Of a DNA stretch of 64,000 nt, positions 1 to 14,434 are shown one piece after another; the first letter of the stretch is position 1, and each line of letters begins with the position of its first letter. The position numbers were made by a program, and so were the translations under genes. A model generated the notes under the pieces. It made no database searches. It was not told the DNA's origin and saw only the letters and a list, made by a program, of their open reading frames with translations. The DNA comes from Paramecium tetraurelia (lineage: Eukaryota): the NCBI GenBank assembly GCA_000165425.1, contig CT868050.1, positions 124,001-188,000 on the forward strand, read 5' to 3'.

Positions 1-3000
1 CGTAGAAGTTGGATAGGTATATTCTGACGAGTCCTGAGTAAAAGAAGTATTAGTAATAGGATTTGCAGATTTTTTGAATGAAATGCATAGCTTTGATTAT
101 TTTGGTGATTGTTTCGACGTATCTTTGATCGAATACGATGGGCCAATTGTAATATTTGAGTGAAGTAAGTAGCAGTTATAAGAAGTAAACGATAACGTAA
201 TTGGTGAATCCAAGAACTAGGATAATGATGAAGGATTCCAGATTGATTCCAAAGTAGCAATTGATAGAGAACACTTCAAATCTTCCAAAGGCAGGTATGA
301 AGGGAGAATTGTATTGAAACATTTCTTCGATGAATCCACTCAATTTAATTCTATCAGTTATTGGTTAAATAGTAACAAGGGAGAAAACTTCAAAGTAAAT
401 AGATAAATTTTAAGGAAATTTCAGATTCAAATATTTCATATAAGATAATTGTTATAAGGTATCTATAAGATTCCAAAAGATTTCTAGATTACCACTTATG
501 AAAGCAACACAAGCAACAGTAATCAAAGTATAGATTACAATTTCATTGAATAATGCAGCATTGGCAGCCACCATCTTTTGAGTTGAGGATAATGTAAATG
601 GATCCTTCAAGATGATAGTTTATTAATTAGATGCTAATTGATTCTCATATTGATTAACTAGTTGATCGCAATAGATCTTGACTATTAATATGGGTCCGAC
701 AACAGATTTGTAGAAATTGAGTTTAATCTTGTAGGAGACAGGTTGCAAAGTATAATCAATGCTCAGGATGGGAATTATTTCATAAGTGTAATCTGAATCT
801 TAGAGATTGGAGATGGAAATTTGAATGAGTTGCATAAATATCTCTTCAGTGATGGAAGTCGAATTCAATCTGACATCTTCACTGAAAGTAAGAATGATTT
901 CTTAGCTCTATCCATAACTATTGAGAGGAGTGGTCAATTTGATGGTTGGACTGATATTGTAAATGCAAACACTCAAGGAGTCCACAAAATAGCACTTCCA
1001 GAATTTTTCAATTTCGCAATTAGAATTGCATCCATCATTATTATCAGTGTTGGCATCTTCACATTGTTCATAAGAAGAGGCAAAGATACCATCACCGCAT
1101 TTATTTTAACAATATGATTAATTTTCATACAATCCATTAGGACATTAGATGCATTCTCCTTGGAAACACTTCAGGCAATGAGAATCACATGAATATTCGC
1201 AGTTATAACAGCCATCAAATTCTACGAGATTACCATCATCACAATATTCTTTGCCTACTATAATACCATCTCCACAAATGGATTTACATTGTCCATCAGC
1301 CAGTTTCCATCCATAGGAATCGCAGACTTAGCATAATTTACCCTCACACTATAAACACCCTAATGAACACTAGATCTAACACTTATAGCATCCATCATAA
1401 GGAAGATAATTGCCATCATCACATACTTCATCCGAATTAGTGATGATTCCATCTCCGCAAAACCCTTCACACACATCAGTAAAACAAATTTGTAACTAAT
1501 CATCCCAAAAGCATCCCTAATTATACTTATCACTCTAACAAGCCTCCTTAATTGAAAAATATTAACACTCAGTTATCTCTACACATCCTCCCCCCCTCTT
1601 AGTAGTACAAGATGATAAGTACTCTTAACATTGTTAATGAGTTGTTAAGTTAGTTGTAGCTGTGTTGCATGTTTTCGTAACACAATCATTTATTATCCAC
1701 ACACACTCTTTGAAAAACTTATCAAATGTACACCCATCCTTAATCAATACTTCTTCACAAGTACTTCTCCTGATACATTGATAACCATTTGTAGTACAAC
1801 TTTTGTCTGGAAATATAGAAGCACAAGCAGAATCAATTGCATAATAGTAATCAGTGCAAATTCTTAATCTGCATCCACCTTTTTAACAATTCTACATATA
1901 TCCCTCGCATTCCTTATTAGACAAAGCAAATTTAGGGCCATTCTCACATGTCTTCTCTACACACTATACTCTCTCGGTATTCCAAAAACATTCAGTACCA
2001 TTAGCATTGTGTTGTCCATCACTTCTACATTGCAATTCATTATAACCTAGACATTGGGCCTTTGCCAATTCGCATTCTGTTAAATTATCATTTACTGAAC
2101 AAGTTAAATCAAAATACAATTGACATGCTCCTGATGAATACCTCTATAATTATGCCGTAATACATGTTTTATAGCTGCATTTATTTTATGTTTGGATCCA
2201 CTCGCATTGTATTTTTAAACTATCAAAATAACATTATTCCTTAATTGTATACAAATTGCAATCAACTAAATGAATGCAACCGTTCTTTAGGGAATTCACA
2301 GTACAATCGGACAAATAAGATTAACATTTGGCATGGGAATCGTTTTCAATCCCTAAATCTAAACAATTTAGTATTTAAATGCATTGATTTGTCGTTGATT
2401 TCCAATAGCATCTATTTCTGATATTGTCCATATAACATTGCTTCTATGTTGCCAAACTGCAACTAGTTGGTAGATCTGTGCAATTAGGATATCTACTATT
2501 TACTGTGCATATTCCACTTAAAAAAAGGGATTCACAAGATTAATGATTATCTGAACTTAGCTATGATTCACAGTTTTCAAGATTGCTCTACCTTGTACAG
2601 ATTCCACTTAAATCTGAACAAGGATACCCTTAGATATCTTTGCTTATATTGCACAAAGTAGGTTTATGCACACTGCAAGTAGTAACGTCAACACAGTTAT
2701 CTGAGGCATTCAATGTACAAATATCTATATATAATGCGCAATCGGTTGCACTTAAAGTGGAACAAACAACATGAATACATATTGATATTCCATCCACCGT
2801 AGCCTACATGCACGTGCTATCAAATGTTTGGCATTCTGCATTATCCATTGGTGTATTTGGTATTGACATGCAATAATCTATACAACCTAAACCAAAAAGA
2901 TTCCATGCACATTTGTAACCATTTAGTGCTACCACACATGAAGCTTGAAATGAATAATCCTAGCAATGGATCTCCTTTAATTTACAAATTGGACCATTTG

Positions 3001-6000
3001 AATAAGATACAGTTTTATGAACATTCTAATTGTGACAGTCTTCATGCTTAACTAGAGCTGGATTAATTGTAGGATCACAAGGATTGTTTTCCGAACAAGA
3101 TCCACTACACCAATAACACTTCATACTGATATTTTTTGAATTAACTATCAAGACTCCATACTTGGCTTGACAATCCAGTTGAATTGTGAATAAATTACAA
3201 GATTTAGGAACACAAGAGCCACCACTCCATTTACAGTCCATTCCATCACTTGTGTGAGCAGAATTACATATTGCCATATTAGAAATGTAATCGCACTTTT
3301 AGTATTTACAACCTTATCCACTTCTATAATCTAGAATACAAATTTTGTTCATTAATTAGCATTCATACAGGGAAACTGCAGTTGTATTCAGTTCACAATT
3401 TGCAATGCTAACACAATTGTTTTATTATAATGAACATTACGAATATTGTAAACACTAGTGCTTTAATTTTATTTAAGTACAATCTACATTATCAAAGGAT
3501 TTACAATTAGTACCATCAAAAACGCAATTGTTATTCCAATCATAGCAGGCTTGATCATTTAAAGGTCCAACATTAGCAGATTTCATATGAACACACTGCC
3601 TATTCTCACAGGTAAGAGTAGCAAAATTGAATCCACATTTTTATAAGGATGTGGTCATTGAATCATTACACCACTTGTAATTGATCATACCCTAAGTTGT
3701 GAGATCACTACAATTTATAATGTTTACACACGATTTGGTTGTCAAATCAGTGGTGATATCATAAGTGCAAATGGAAGAATAATTGTGACATACATCATAT
3801 TTATCTGAGACGCTGCCTGCTAAATTACTTAATACACATTCTTAAGCCACACATTTAAGTTCAGATCCAACATATTGATAGCTGCATAAAATACCAAGGC
3901 TTGTTTTCACATTATTACAACTACTTTGAGAAGGGAAGAGATGATGGCAAAATCGATTACGTCTGCATTCGTTACCATAATAAAGGCACTTTTCATTTTT
4001 GTAAAGAACCGCAGAATTGCAATTCGTGTTTACAAGATTACTACATTAATCTACACTGTAACAACCCGTACCACTCAATTGCAATAAGCATAAAGAAAAA
4101 TAAAATTGGCACTCTTCATCGCTAGAAGCTTCAGTGATTAATTTACACTAACTTGCATCAGTTATTGTATTGCATTTATTGTTATAATAATAACATCTCT
4201 AATTGACAGTTGTTATGGTTTTATTACAAATCTATTAATATTTTACATCAGAGCAGGTTGTAGGTCTATCTTCGCAACCTGTTTGAGCTATGCCATCTTC
4301 ATTATATATGAGTTGGCATAGATATCGATTTTTATATTGGAAACATGCTGCCTCTGTTTAAGCAATAGTGTTCTCAGAGCACAATAAATTCTGACATTTA
4401 CTTTATGCCTTATCCCAATAGCAAGGTTATTGATACTTATTTAACTTACAGGCCTACTCTATTGTGTAGATGGTGCAATCCTCTGAAAGGTCGACACAAA
4501 ATTTACTGATATTATTGATTGTGCAAATCTTCATAAAATTTTCACACGAACTGTGAGTTAATTCACCCATTTTATGCCGACCACATTAAAAAGTATTAGT
4601 ATTAATACCAGAATCAAACTGAAGTGCACTTTGACATGTAGATGTTTCATAATCCCAAAAGCAATAAGATTCTGGCTTAGTATTCGGATATAAATTATCT
4701 AATACTGATTTACATTGATTTTTGGTTACGTAATTTGAACATAAAGCTAATTTCTATTAACAGGCAGGGATATTTTAATCTGAGATTGTACAATTTGGAT
4801 TCCAAGCTTGACATTCTTAATGGGTGTCATACATTTCATTTTTTGGAGATTGGGAACACACTAGATTAGTTGGCCTAATCATGCATCCTGAGTATGAAGA
4901 TGTTACAATGCAATTGCTTAGGAAACTGTGACATTGTAGATTGTTTATATACGAAGCAATTGGAGCATCTATGCAGTCGATTTGACGACATGCGTTAGAA
5001 GACCATATACAAACAGTAGAATCTTGCAAACCAAGTTCACATTGGGTTTATGACAACATCTAAGAACAAGCACTAGGCCAATCAACGCATCCGTTATTAG
5101 TACTATTTATAATACATGTTTTTGAAATAACTTTGAATTGTAAACAACTTGCATTAGTTGTGTGAGAGCTGTCTGCATCAACGCATTATTAATTGAAGCA
5201 TTAGTTTGATTACCACTTACAATGAAAACCAGAATAGGTCGAATAGCATTAATCTTATTTTGCTATTGAGCATTCAGATGGTTTGTCAGCGCATCCGAAT
5301 TTTAGAAAATTGTTATCATATTCATAGATGTTAACAGTGCATGTTTTTACCCAACTTTCACATTATTCATTTGTATCGTAATAACTGGGGGCTAATTTAC
5401 ATTTTTTGGCAATGCAACCATCATTCAAATTACAAACTTGATCTAGAGAATCAATAGTACAAGCAGTAACATCAGTAATGTTTGTACAGATGTAATCTAT
5501 GCATCCCCCTATCTCTATGTTAAATGTGCAAAATCTGCTGGCATCTTGACATTTCTGATGATTATCATATTTAGGTAATTTCAAATTAGAGCACACCAAT
5601 TAATTGCATTGGCCATTTATCCAAATACATCGAGATTCATCATATGTAATATCACAGAACTATTAATCGTTGATATCCTGACAAGATTAGGGTCTCTATT
5701 GACAACTCCCCAAAAGTGTCCCCATGCATGTTCCATATTCTTTACATTAATTATGGTTAAAACTCTTGGGAGCATGAAAACACTATCTCTTGTCACATTT
5801 ATTCTCAAACCATATACAATCTTAAATGTCTACTGATTTGCAATCGAGCTCTTAACAATAATCCTAACATTATATTGGTCTATCTTTACATCCTCCATTT
5901 TATGCACTCACACAATCCAGCAATTGGTCATAAGATTAACATTATTCATAGTTATTGTATGACTAGGGTGCTGTTATACAACTCTTCTCCTGACATTGTC

Positions 6001-6841
6001 CATTGTGATAAACACATTTCTTATTATTGATGTCCAAAACACATCCTATTGCACTCCCAATATTTTTGCATTCCTTTTTGTCAATACAATGAACACCATT
6101 TGTAGTACACTTCGACATGTAAGAATTGCATTCAGCATAGGTCTTTAATCGCTTATTTTCACAATTCTTAGTAAAACACAATTATAATTCATCTTCCCAA
6201 AAGCACTCAGTTTTTTTATTATATGTAAAATAGCATTAGTTTTCGAAAGTGTATTGTTCACATTTGTTTTTTCCCTCCTCACATCCCAACCCCAAATCAT
6301 TTACTGTACATTATTACATTGCACTTCTGCAATCATAATCACTCATTAAATACTAGGGCAGTTAAGTGCATTGCTGTGCATCTTGGCATCTCGGATTTGC
6401 ATTTACATCCCAAAAACAATAATTTCCATTCACATTTTTATTTTGACACCCTACCTCTGTGTCATAATCCATACACACTCTCTTCTCTATACATTTTAAT
6501 CCGTCGGAAACGCATTTTAGTGAAGATTCTTAACATTAATTTTTTTAAAATAAACTACACTCTGTAAACCTTATGCACTCCCCCAAATAAAATCCACACA
6601 TATCCATTTATATGCAATCTTCCTGTATATACTTGTAACACTAATCTCCATCTTATTAACCCACCTATTGAATATAAGTTTCACCTGATCTTAAAATACA
6701 ATTTTCTCCGTTCCAAATACAGATCTAAGATCTCTAACATTCATCCTTATTGTCCACATGCCTGCAAACACAATATTGACTAATATATCTCATTTCAATT
6801 GATGAGATCATCAAAAATACCAAGTACTTATAGATTTTCAT
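1..6841 (-). CDS. Giant cysteine-rich surface membrane protein (signal peptide, many Paramecium surface-antigen-like Cys repeats, CGDG..CDDGN repeats, multi-pass TM region); 3' end outside window
   Basis: ATG at 6841 reads MKIYKYLVFLMISSIEMRYISQYCVCRHVDNKDECQRSQICIWNGENC. Periodic C..C.W repeats run to ~1500 and CGDG/CDDGN (DUF4215-like) repeats lie at ~1200-1470. The hydrophobic region IVIYTLITVACVAFISGNLEIFWNLIDTLQQLSYMKYLNLKFP is at ~420-540. The same frame holds at both ends; the middle was only spot-checked. Confidence 0.85.
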
Positions 6842-7250
6842 TATTATTTAAATGAAAAAATATTAAAATCAAATCTTGATTTCTTCTATAATTTTTATAA
6901 ATGATCATAATGACAGAATAGCGCAATTTAAATATTACATATCGATAATTGTGTCCAACAATTTATTTAATTAATTTATATTTACATGTTGTTAATGAAA
7001 AATTAAAATTCCCTCTTAAAAATGATAAGAAATGAACCATTTTAGAATTCATAAAAAATGAAAATCTAATTATAAGTTGAAACAACATTAAAGAGCAAAT
7101 AATGATATTTTATCCATTTAAATTATAATATATCATAAAATTCCTTTTCTTTAAACTAAATATATTCTAACGAATCAATAAGATTTCTTTTCTAACGACC
7201 AAGAATTGGTTAATATAATTAGTCTTAATTAATATAATTATTATATTTAG

Positions 7251-7280
7251 TAATAATAATAATAATAACTAATAATAATA
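7251..7280. repeat. (TAA)n microsatellite, intergenic
   Basis: taataataataataataactaataataata. Confidence 0.7.
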
Positions 7281-7421
7281 AATATAATTTTATTTATTCA
7301 TTAGTGTTATATTATGACAATTCTACAATTAGAAAAAAAAATTTGATTGATTATTTTGTGGAACATTATTTATTTGTTAAATTAAATAAAATATAAAATT
7401 CTTCATTTGAGCCCATTCCAA

Positions 7422-10400
7422 ATGCTTATGAATCCTTATCTAGGACAATTAATTTTATTTGTTACTTTCCTGAATGTAGATTCATTAGAATGCAACCCTT
7501 ATCCTATTTAACCTAATGAATTTTATTTTTCAAATTATTCTAAACATTTTATGGTTGAAAGTGACTCCAATGATCCTGATAGTATTGATGCTTTTGAATA
7601 CCCTTTAATTAAATAATTAAAAAAGGTCTAATATGATCAAAATGCTGAAATTATTTACACAATCGTTATTGATTCATGGAGGAGGTAAGAATTATTATTA
7701 GAAAAGCAATTTTGCTCTCTTTTCAAATAAGAAGGCTATTATATATCCTGTATTGCTATTGAAGGGCTATTTTAAGATGAAGGAGAAAGCTAAACTCAAA
7801 ATAATTCATAATTCTATTCATTTATTGAGCGCTTTAAAATGTCTATATTCACTTAATAAGATGAAAATTGTGAATTCTTATTTCAAAACAGCTCTTTAGG
7901 ATTATCACTTTTTTGCACTTAACTAAATAGCCTTAATATATACTTTATAAATTAGACTGGCTTAACATTTACTAAGTAAGACTACAAGATTGAATTAGCT
8001 TATGATCATTGTAAAACAAAGTATTTATCTTACTTTCAAAATTAATTACTATTGATATTTTATGACTGCTTAACTTGGGCCATCTATATTTTAAAAAATA
8101 ATCTCCTAAGTTTGATTTTTAATAGAGACATGGCGATTCAAAAGGATCCTTCATTTAATCTCAATGTGCTTGAAGATCTTTAAATTTGTTAGGATAATTT
8201 TATATTCATTGGAGATAATAAGTATTATTATTATTCTTATATATCAGAGAACAGATTAAATTATTAATTTGTTATGGAAGTCCCTTTTTTAAAATAGATA
8301 ATATTCGATTCAGAATGTCAAATGAAATATTATATAGCAGGATCTGAATTAATTAATCAATTTTACATTAGGAGTTATTAGCTCACTTATGAATTAGAAC
8401 GTATTTAAAAATATGTTTATTTGGTTTCAAATATGCTCTTTTTAATATCTGAAGATGAACTTAAGTAAGATTAAATGATAAATTCAAATAAAAAGTATAA
8501 TTTAAACCATTTCCATTACATTTTTTAAAAATAAATAATATCTTTTATCAAATCGATTCAGAAAGTAAGTTCTTTAGATTTTTTAAATATAAAATATTAA
8601 ATAATCCCATTATACAACCTAGGAAACAATTTTTACTAATATATCCTTATAGTTTTCATTTTATTAGACACTCTCCAGAATTTTGTGTTTAATTTTAAGT
8701 AAAGCCCTTAAATTACATAAATAATTACTTTTTCTCAATAAATTCTGAATGTGATAACATTTTCACAGTTTTAATAGAAAAAACATTTACACAAATACCA
8801 TATAATTATAAAATTTAAGTAGTATAAGACCAGCTAAATATAATTAAATTTGTCACAGATTAATAAAAATTGGAACAGCTTTGTCCCATTCCAAAATAGT
8901 TGCTGAAAAATTCTATATTGTTATATTTTCACTCCTTTGGTAGAGCTTACTCAATATTTTAAACATCAAAGGTTTTGTATATTTTCTTTTGCGATAACTA
9001 ATAATTAATTCAAATTAATATTTAAAATTAGATGGTACTAAATTATTACGATATTTTTATATTGATAAATTTGTAGACAAATTATTTTAGACTTTTAAAA
9101 ATTTACCATGATGTGCAAATGCAAAATTAATATACATTGGACGGGATTATTTAAGATGTTTACCATTATTCCAATTATATATTACTAATTACAAAATCAC
9201 AGAGTCTATTTTTGTTTGATTTAAACGCTGAACTATAAATATAATTACCATTGATATTAAATAATCTCTTTTTAAATATTTACTTATCAAATATCAATCA
9301 TAAGGATAAGGCTTAAAGATTTTGCATCTATATCAATAAAAATTTGTATTTTATTTAGTACTATGAAAATTGCATTATTTTAGACAATAATTCGCTTTAT
9401 TATTTCAAAGTAAAATAATTGTAAATTATATAAATCAGAAAAATGAATCATTAAAAAGATAGTTATCATATAGTTGCTGTAGATCTGACCTAGAATGCTC
9501 TCTAATAGTATTATTTTGATTTAATAGAATTAACCCTATTGGATAAATATGATTTTTAAAATTTCAAATTGATAAACCCACTCGCTTACTAGGAAGCCTA
9601 TGAATTTATTACAATTACTTCCAGTATGAATAATAACACCTATTTGCATATTTTTTAAACTTTAGGAACTTATCCATTCAAATTGAAATAAACTATTTAA
9701 ACTGGTTCACATCATACATTTGTGTCCTTCCAAAAATTATACTACTTTGATAAGAAAAATCAAATATAGGTATTAGATATAAAATATCTATTACTCAAAT
9801 TTAAACCTCTACTTACCAAATGGGACAATCTTAACTTAGAACAAACCTTAATTTTTTATATCACTCCCGAATCTAATAATGATACTAATATTCAAATTTC
9901 TTTGAACCTTTCTATTTTTGTTAATTGCACAATATTGATTCCACTTATTCGCGAACTCCCCATTATTCTGGAAGAGGATAATCAAATAATGCTAAATTTA
10001 AGTGATCTTTATGAAGGACCTATTTATAACCTAAAAATATAAGACAATTCAAATGTACTTTTGGAAGGACCATTTTTATAGTCTCCTTGGTAAGATGAAC
10101 TATCGAAATTCACATACACTATTAAGTAATTAAGTATTAAGGTTAGTTTAACTACGATATAATTATACTCTACCAATAGGTAGATCTTATAAATGTAAGT
10201 TTATGATGAATTCAATAAGTTTAATGAAATATGTGGGTTAATTTAATTGGCCTTTTATATCAGCAACAATTAAATCTTGTTAATTTACTTTCATGAAACT
10301 AAAACAATAGCTTCAATTTTTAGAATAAATTAAGATAATTTAACATTAATATAGGTCTCAGATGAATTTACTATTAAAAAACTTTATGAGGCAAAAGAAG

Positions 10401-11323
10401 TTAAATAAATTAAAAATCTATTTTTAGATAGATAAAATATATTATTTTATGTTCATAATGATACTATCTTAGACTTATAAAATAACAATCTTATAGGCAA
10501 TTTAATATTCATTTAAAATTCTGATGAGTTGTATTTATAATTGACAAAATCAGTTTATCCTTTTCTTAGAATTCAAATATTTATAATCGAATAGATGGAA
10601 TTAAAAATTTTTAATGAGTTAGCATTTAATTTGGACAAAATACAAAAAAATTTTACTAAATATATAAAGTAGAATAATAATTTTTATTCTTATAAATAAA
10701 TTTATCCCATAAACGCAACAATCAATAAGTAAACTCTTGATATCTAATGCCTTATGATACTTTAAGATTTCTGTATTCTTCAATTTATTCAGGTTCATTT
10801 AGTTAGTGGCGATTTTAATTTGAAGTTTTATAAACTATTAAGAATCTCTTATGACTTTGACTCTACATTACATTACATCGATGAAAACTTTATAATTATA
10901 AAGTAGAAGAATAGTTGTTTTGTTTATGACTTTAGAGTTTAAAAATAAATTTATGATTACACATTTATCTTTGAATGCAACCAGAACACAATATGGTAAT
11001 ATAATACTACGCATTATTTTATTTATTCTTAGATGAATAAGAACTTGACACTTGGGCAAATAGCTTATAGAATAAGCATTTTGGATGATAAAAAATAAAG
11101 TGAGACTTGCACTTTAATAGCAGAGAACAAAATATCTAAAGCAGAAATAACCTTAAAGATTAATAAGATTTCAAATAAAATTTCAATAGAAAAATTCCCT
11201 TATTTTGGATTAGTTTTTTTCATTTTAACAGTAATAATTTTGGTTATCTATTCTATTCGGAGATGTGTATTAAAATAATAATTAACATAACACAGGAGAG
11301 TATACTTATTTTTTGGTTAATGA
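7422..11323 (+). CDS. Large (~1300 aa) single-pass type I membrane protein with one frameshift near 8461
   Basis: Signal-like MLMNPYLGQLILFVTFLNVDS and C-terminal TM FPYFGLVFFILTVIILVIYSIRR, with TGA at 11321-11323. The reading frame changes once between ~8453 and ~8900 and no suitable tiny intron explains it. Confidence 0.7.
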
Positions 11324-11898
11324 TTTATTTGAATATTATTAATATTATTATATATAATTTACCCTATATAAATTTATTTAGAAATCAATATATAACTCAA
11401 CTTTAAAAATTGATTATATTTACTTGTTATTAATAATAGTGAAGTTTCCATTCTATTTTTCATTGATGATTTCTCTAATATTAAGTTTAAGTAGATGAAA
11501 AAAGAAATGAATTGAAGAACAATATTTATATCCCTTAATGATTATATCAGAAGCTATTTCATTTTAATATCTTCTCAGACTTGAAAATCTTAAGTGATAA
11601 ATTTCTCCTTAAGTAATCTATTTTTTGGAATAGTTGATATTAAAAACAAATTAAATTTGAATTACAAAAAATGATGGGTGTTAATTTTAATTAATTTAAT
11701 TCTAAAGGGAAAACTAATATCTTGAAATATTATCTAGTTAAGACTGATGATGAATTTTTAATTTAAATTTTGAATCCAAAACTAAGGTAATTATGTGTAT
11801 TAAGACAATTAAGATTGGTTTGATGATGAAAATTTATATTTTTAAAAATTTATTGTTGCGAATAAAAAATTTGTATTTAATTTATTATTTATTCAAAT

Positions 11899-13294
11899 AT
11901 GTAAAGTGAGAGAATAAAATCAAAAAAGAGAGTTAAGCATTACGAATTTCTATACGACTCTAAAATTGGTTCAGGTGCCTATGCTAATGTGTATATGGGG
12001 AGGGATATTTATAATGATTAAAGTAGTTAAATATGATAAAATAGCTGTGGCAATTAAAATTATTAGTAATAATTTAATTAAGAGTGATTACACATCTCAA
12101 TAAATAAAGAGGGAAGTTGAGATAATGAAATCATTTAATCATTAGAATATTGTGAAATTGTTGGATGTATTTCATAGCACAAACAATATATATATAGTGA
12201 CAGAATATTGTAATGGGGGAGACTTGAAAGCATACTTGGGATCAAGAACATTAAGTGAAGAGAGAGCCCTCTAAATATTTAAATAAATCTTGAATGGTTT
12301 GTAAGAATTATTAAGGAATGGAATAGTGCACCGAGATCTAAAGCCTGCAAATATTCTACTGCAGGATGGTATTTTCAAAATCACTGATTTTGGGTTTGCA
12401 AAACGAGTGCAAATGGACTCAACAATGTCATCACTTGTTGGAACCCCTTTGTATATGGCCCCTTAAATCTTAAAGCGATAGCCATATACAAGTAAATCAG
12501 ATATTTGGTCACTTGGGTTGATTTTGTATGAAATGATTTACAAAATAACTCCTTGGCATTCAACTAATGTGGTGGAATTATTGAACAGATTAGACAAAGA
12601 ACCATTGAAGTTTTCTTTTTAACCATAAATTGAATTACAAACAAGATAAATAATCATGGGCTGTTTAGGTAAGGAAGAGAAGGATAGATGGGGATGGGAT
12701 CAATTGATGAAAGCAGTTTAGGGGAATGAAAGACAATAGATGATGAACATATATCTAACTAAAGAATTGTATTATGTCACAAAGAAATAATAAATGCATA
12801 AGCAACAATCTTAATAGAACCTATAGGAATATTGTAGAACCAGTAGCACTTAATCATCCCCTATAAGATCAATCAGTACAAAGAGGACCAAAACAATTGC
12901 CAATGAGAACAACAGCAGTGTGTTGTTATCTGAATTAATAAAGAAAAAGCAATAAATTTATAAGATTTTTGAGTTGCTTGAGAAGTAGCTAGAGAAATTA
13001 CCAATAATCAAATTGGATCAATGCAGATAGTATCTCTAGGAACAGAGATCAAGATTGGTGTGTGCAAATATTGAATAGATTTACAATAAAGAAGATGAAA
13101 GGGAATTAATTTAGCAATAAAAGATTCTGCAATAATATTCTGCCAATTTCGGTGTTTAAATCATGATACTTCTCTTAAAGTGTTATCGTAAGATCATTAT
13201 AAATAATTATCAAACAGGCACTTTGATTTTGGATTTTGCTGATAGATAAACAATTGAGAATTGCTCTGTTTTAGTTTCAAATCAATACAAGTGA
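11899..13294 (+). CDS. Ser/Thr protein kinase (ULK/ATG1-like ciliate family)
   Basis: [42 protein letters not shown]; 22-nt intron 12023-12044. Confidence 0.92.
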
Positions 13295-13326
13295 TTATAG
13301 TATATTTATATATCATTTTAATTTTA

Positions 13327-14041
13327 ATGTCAACATCAAGATTAGCAATTAGATTATATACTTATAGAGGTTATTCAGCTCCCTGGAGAGTTAGCATTAT
13401 GCTTAAATTGAAGTAACTTCAATTCCAACCATTTTTTATAAACTTACCCAAAGCTGAGTAATTATCAAATATGTACTCTTAAATCAACCCACTCTAAGTA
13501 TTTGAAATATTACATATTAAAAGATTGTCCCTACTCTAGAAATTAATGGACAATTACTACATGAGAGTATGGCAATTGCAGAGTACCTAGAGGAAGAATT
13601 TCCAAGAAACAAACTACTTCCAAAATCTCCTCTAGAAAAAGCTATAGTTAGGTAATTCCAAGTATATCCTAAGATCTATGTGCGAAACAGTGAATAGTGG
13701 CATTCATCCATATCATGCATCTAGATTCTACAAGTATGTTCACAATTATGTGGCAGATATAAATAGATAAGAAATTTCAGAACCTTTCTTGGAGAGAGGT
13801 TTCACAGGTTTATTGAATATAATACATGATAGCATTAAACACTTTAGTGGAAAAACATGGAGGAGATTATGCCTTCGGAAACTAAGTGACAATTGCAGAT
13901 GCATTTTTGTACCCAGCATTTAGAGGAGATGATGTATCATATTTGGTCAATTTGGATAAATATCCAGCCCTTAAAAAAGTTGTTGAGAATTTGGATCAAC
14001 TGTCGGAATTTGCTTATGAACATCCAGATTCTCAAGGATGA
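13327..14041 (+). CDS. Glutathione S-transferase, zeta class / maleylacetoacetate isomerase-like
   Basis: LYTYRGYSAPWRV, INPLQ-IVPTL, ESMAIAEYLEE, VNSGIHP, TIADAFLYP; three tiny introns. Confidence 0.85.
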
Positions 14042-14434
14042 TATTATTAATATGAATAATTATTTATTACGATAGTAAGATATTTTTGAACTAATTAATT
14101 AAGATTAGTAGTCACAGTTTATCAAAGCTGTGTAAGCATTTCTGTTGATGTGTGTTCACTAAACCACATATTTGATATATTGTCATAGTTTAATTATACA
14201 AATTTTAAATAATATTGATTAAGTATTATATATCCAGATTTTTTTTTATGGAGATTTATTAATATCTATTAAATAATGCAGAGCTAGCTATACTGATAAA
14301 TCATCTCTGGTGTTCGGCAGGACTATCAGAATACACTTAAACTTAAATTGAGTAATTTATGAATCAGATAATATCAGTATCTTTTTGTATTTAATAATCA
14401 CAATTCTATGATAAAATAAGTTATTATAATATTT

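Noticed and set aside
821..6567. Plus-strand ORFs in the track (e.g. 821-1117, 2824-3051), and similar ones at 19882-20271, 35576-35848 and 57149-57439
   Set aside because: These are antisense or off-frame shadows of real genes, arising from the standard-code translation.
11324..11898. Possible gene between the membrane protein and the kinase
   Set aside because: Only short TGA-interrupted frames with no recognisable motif; may be a decayed remnant but cannot be supported.
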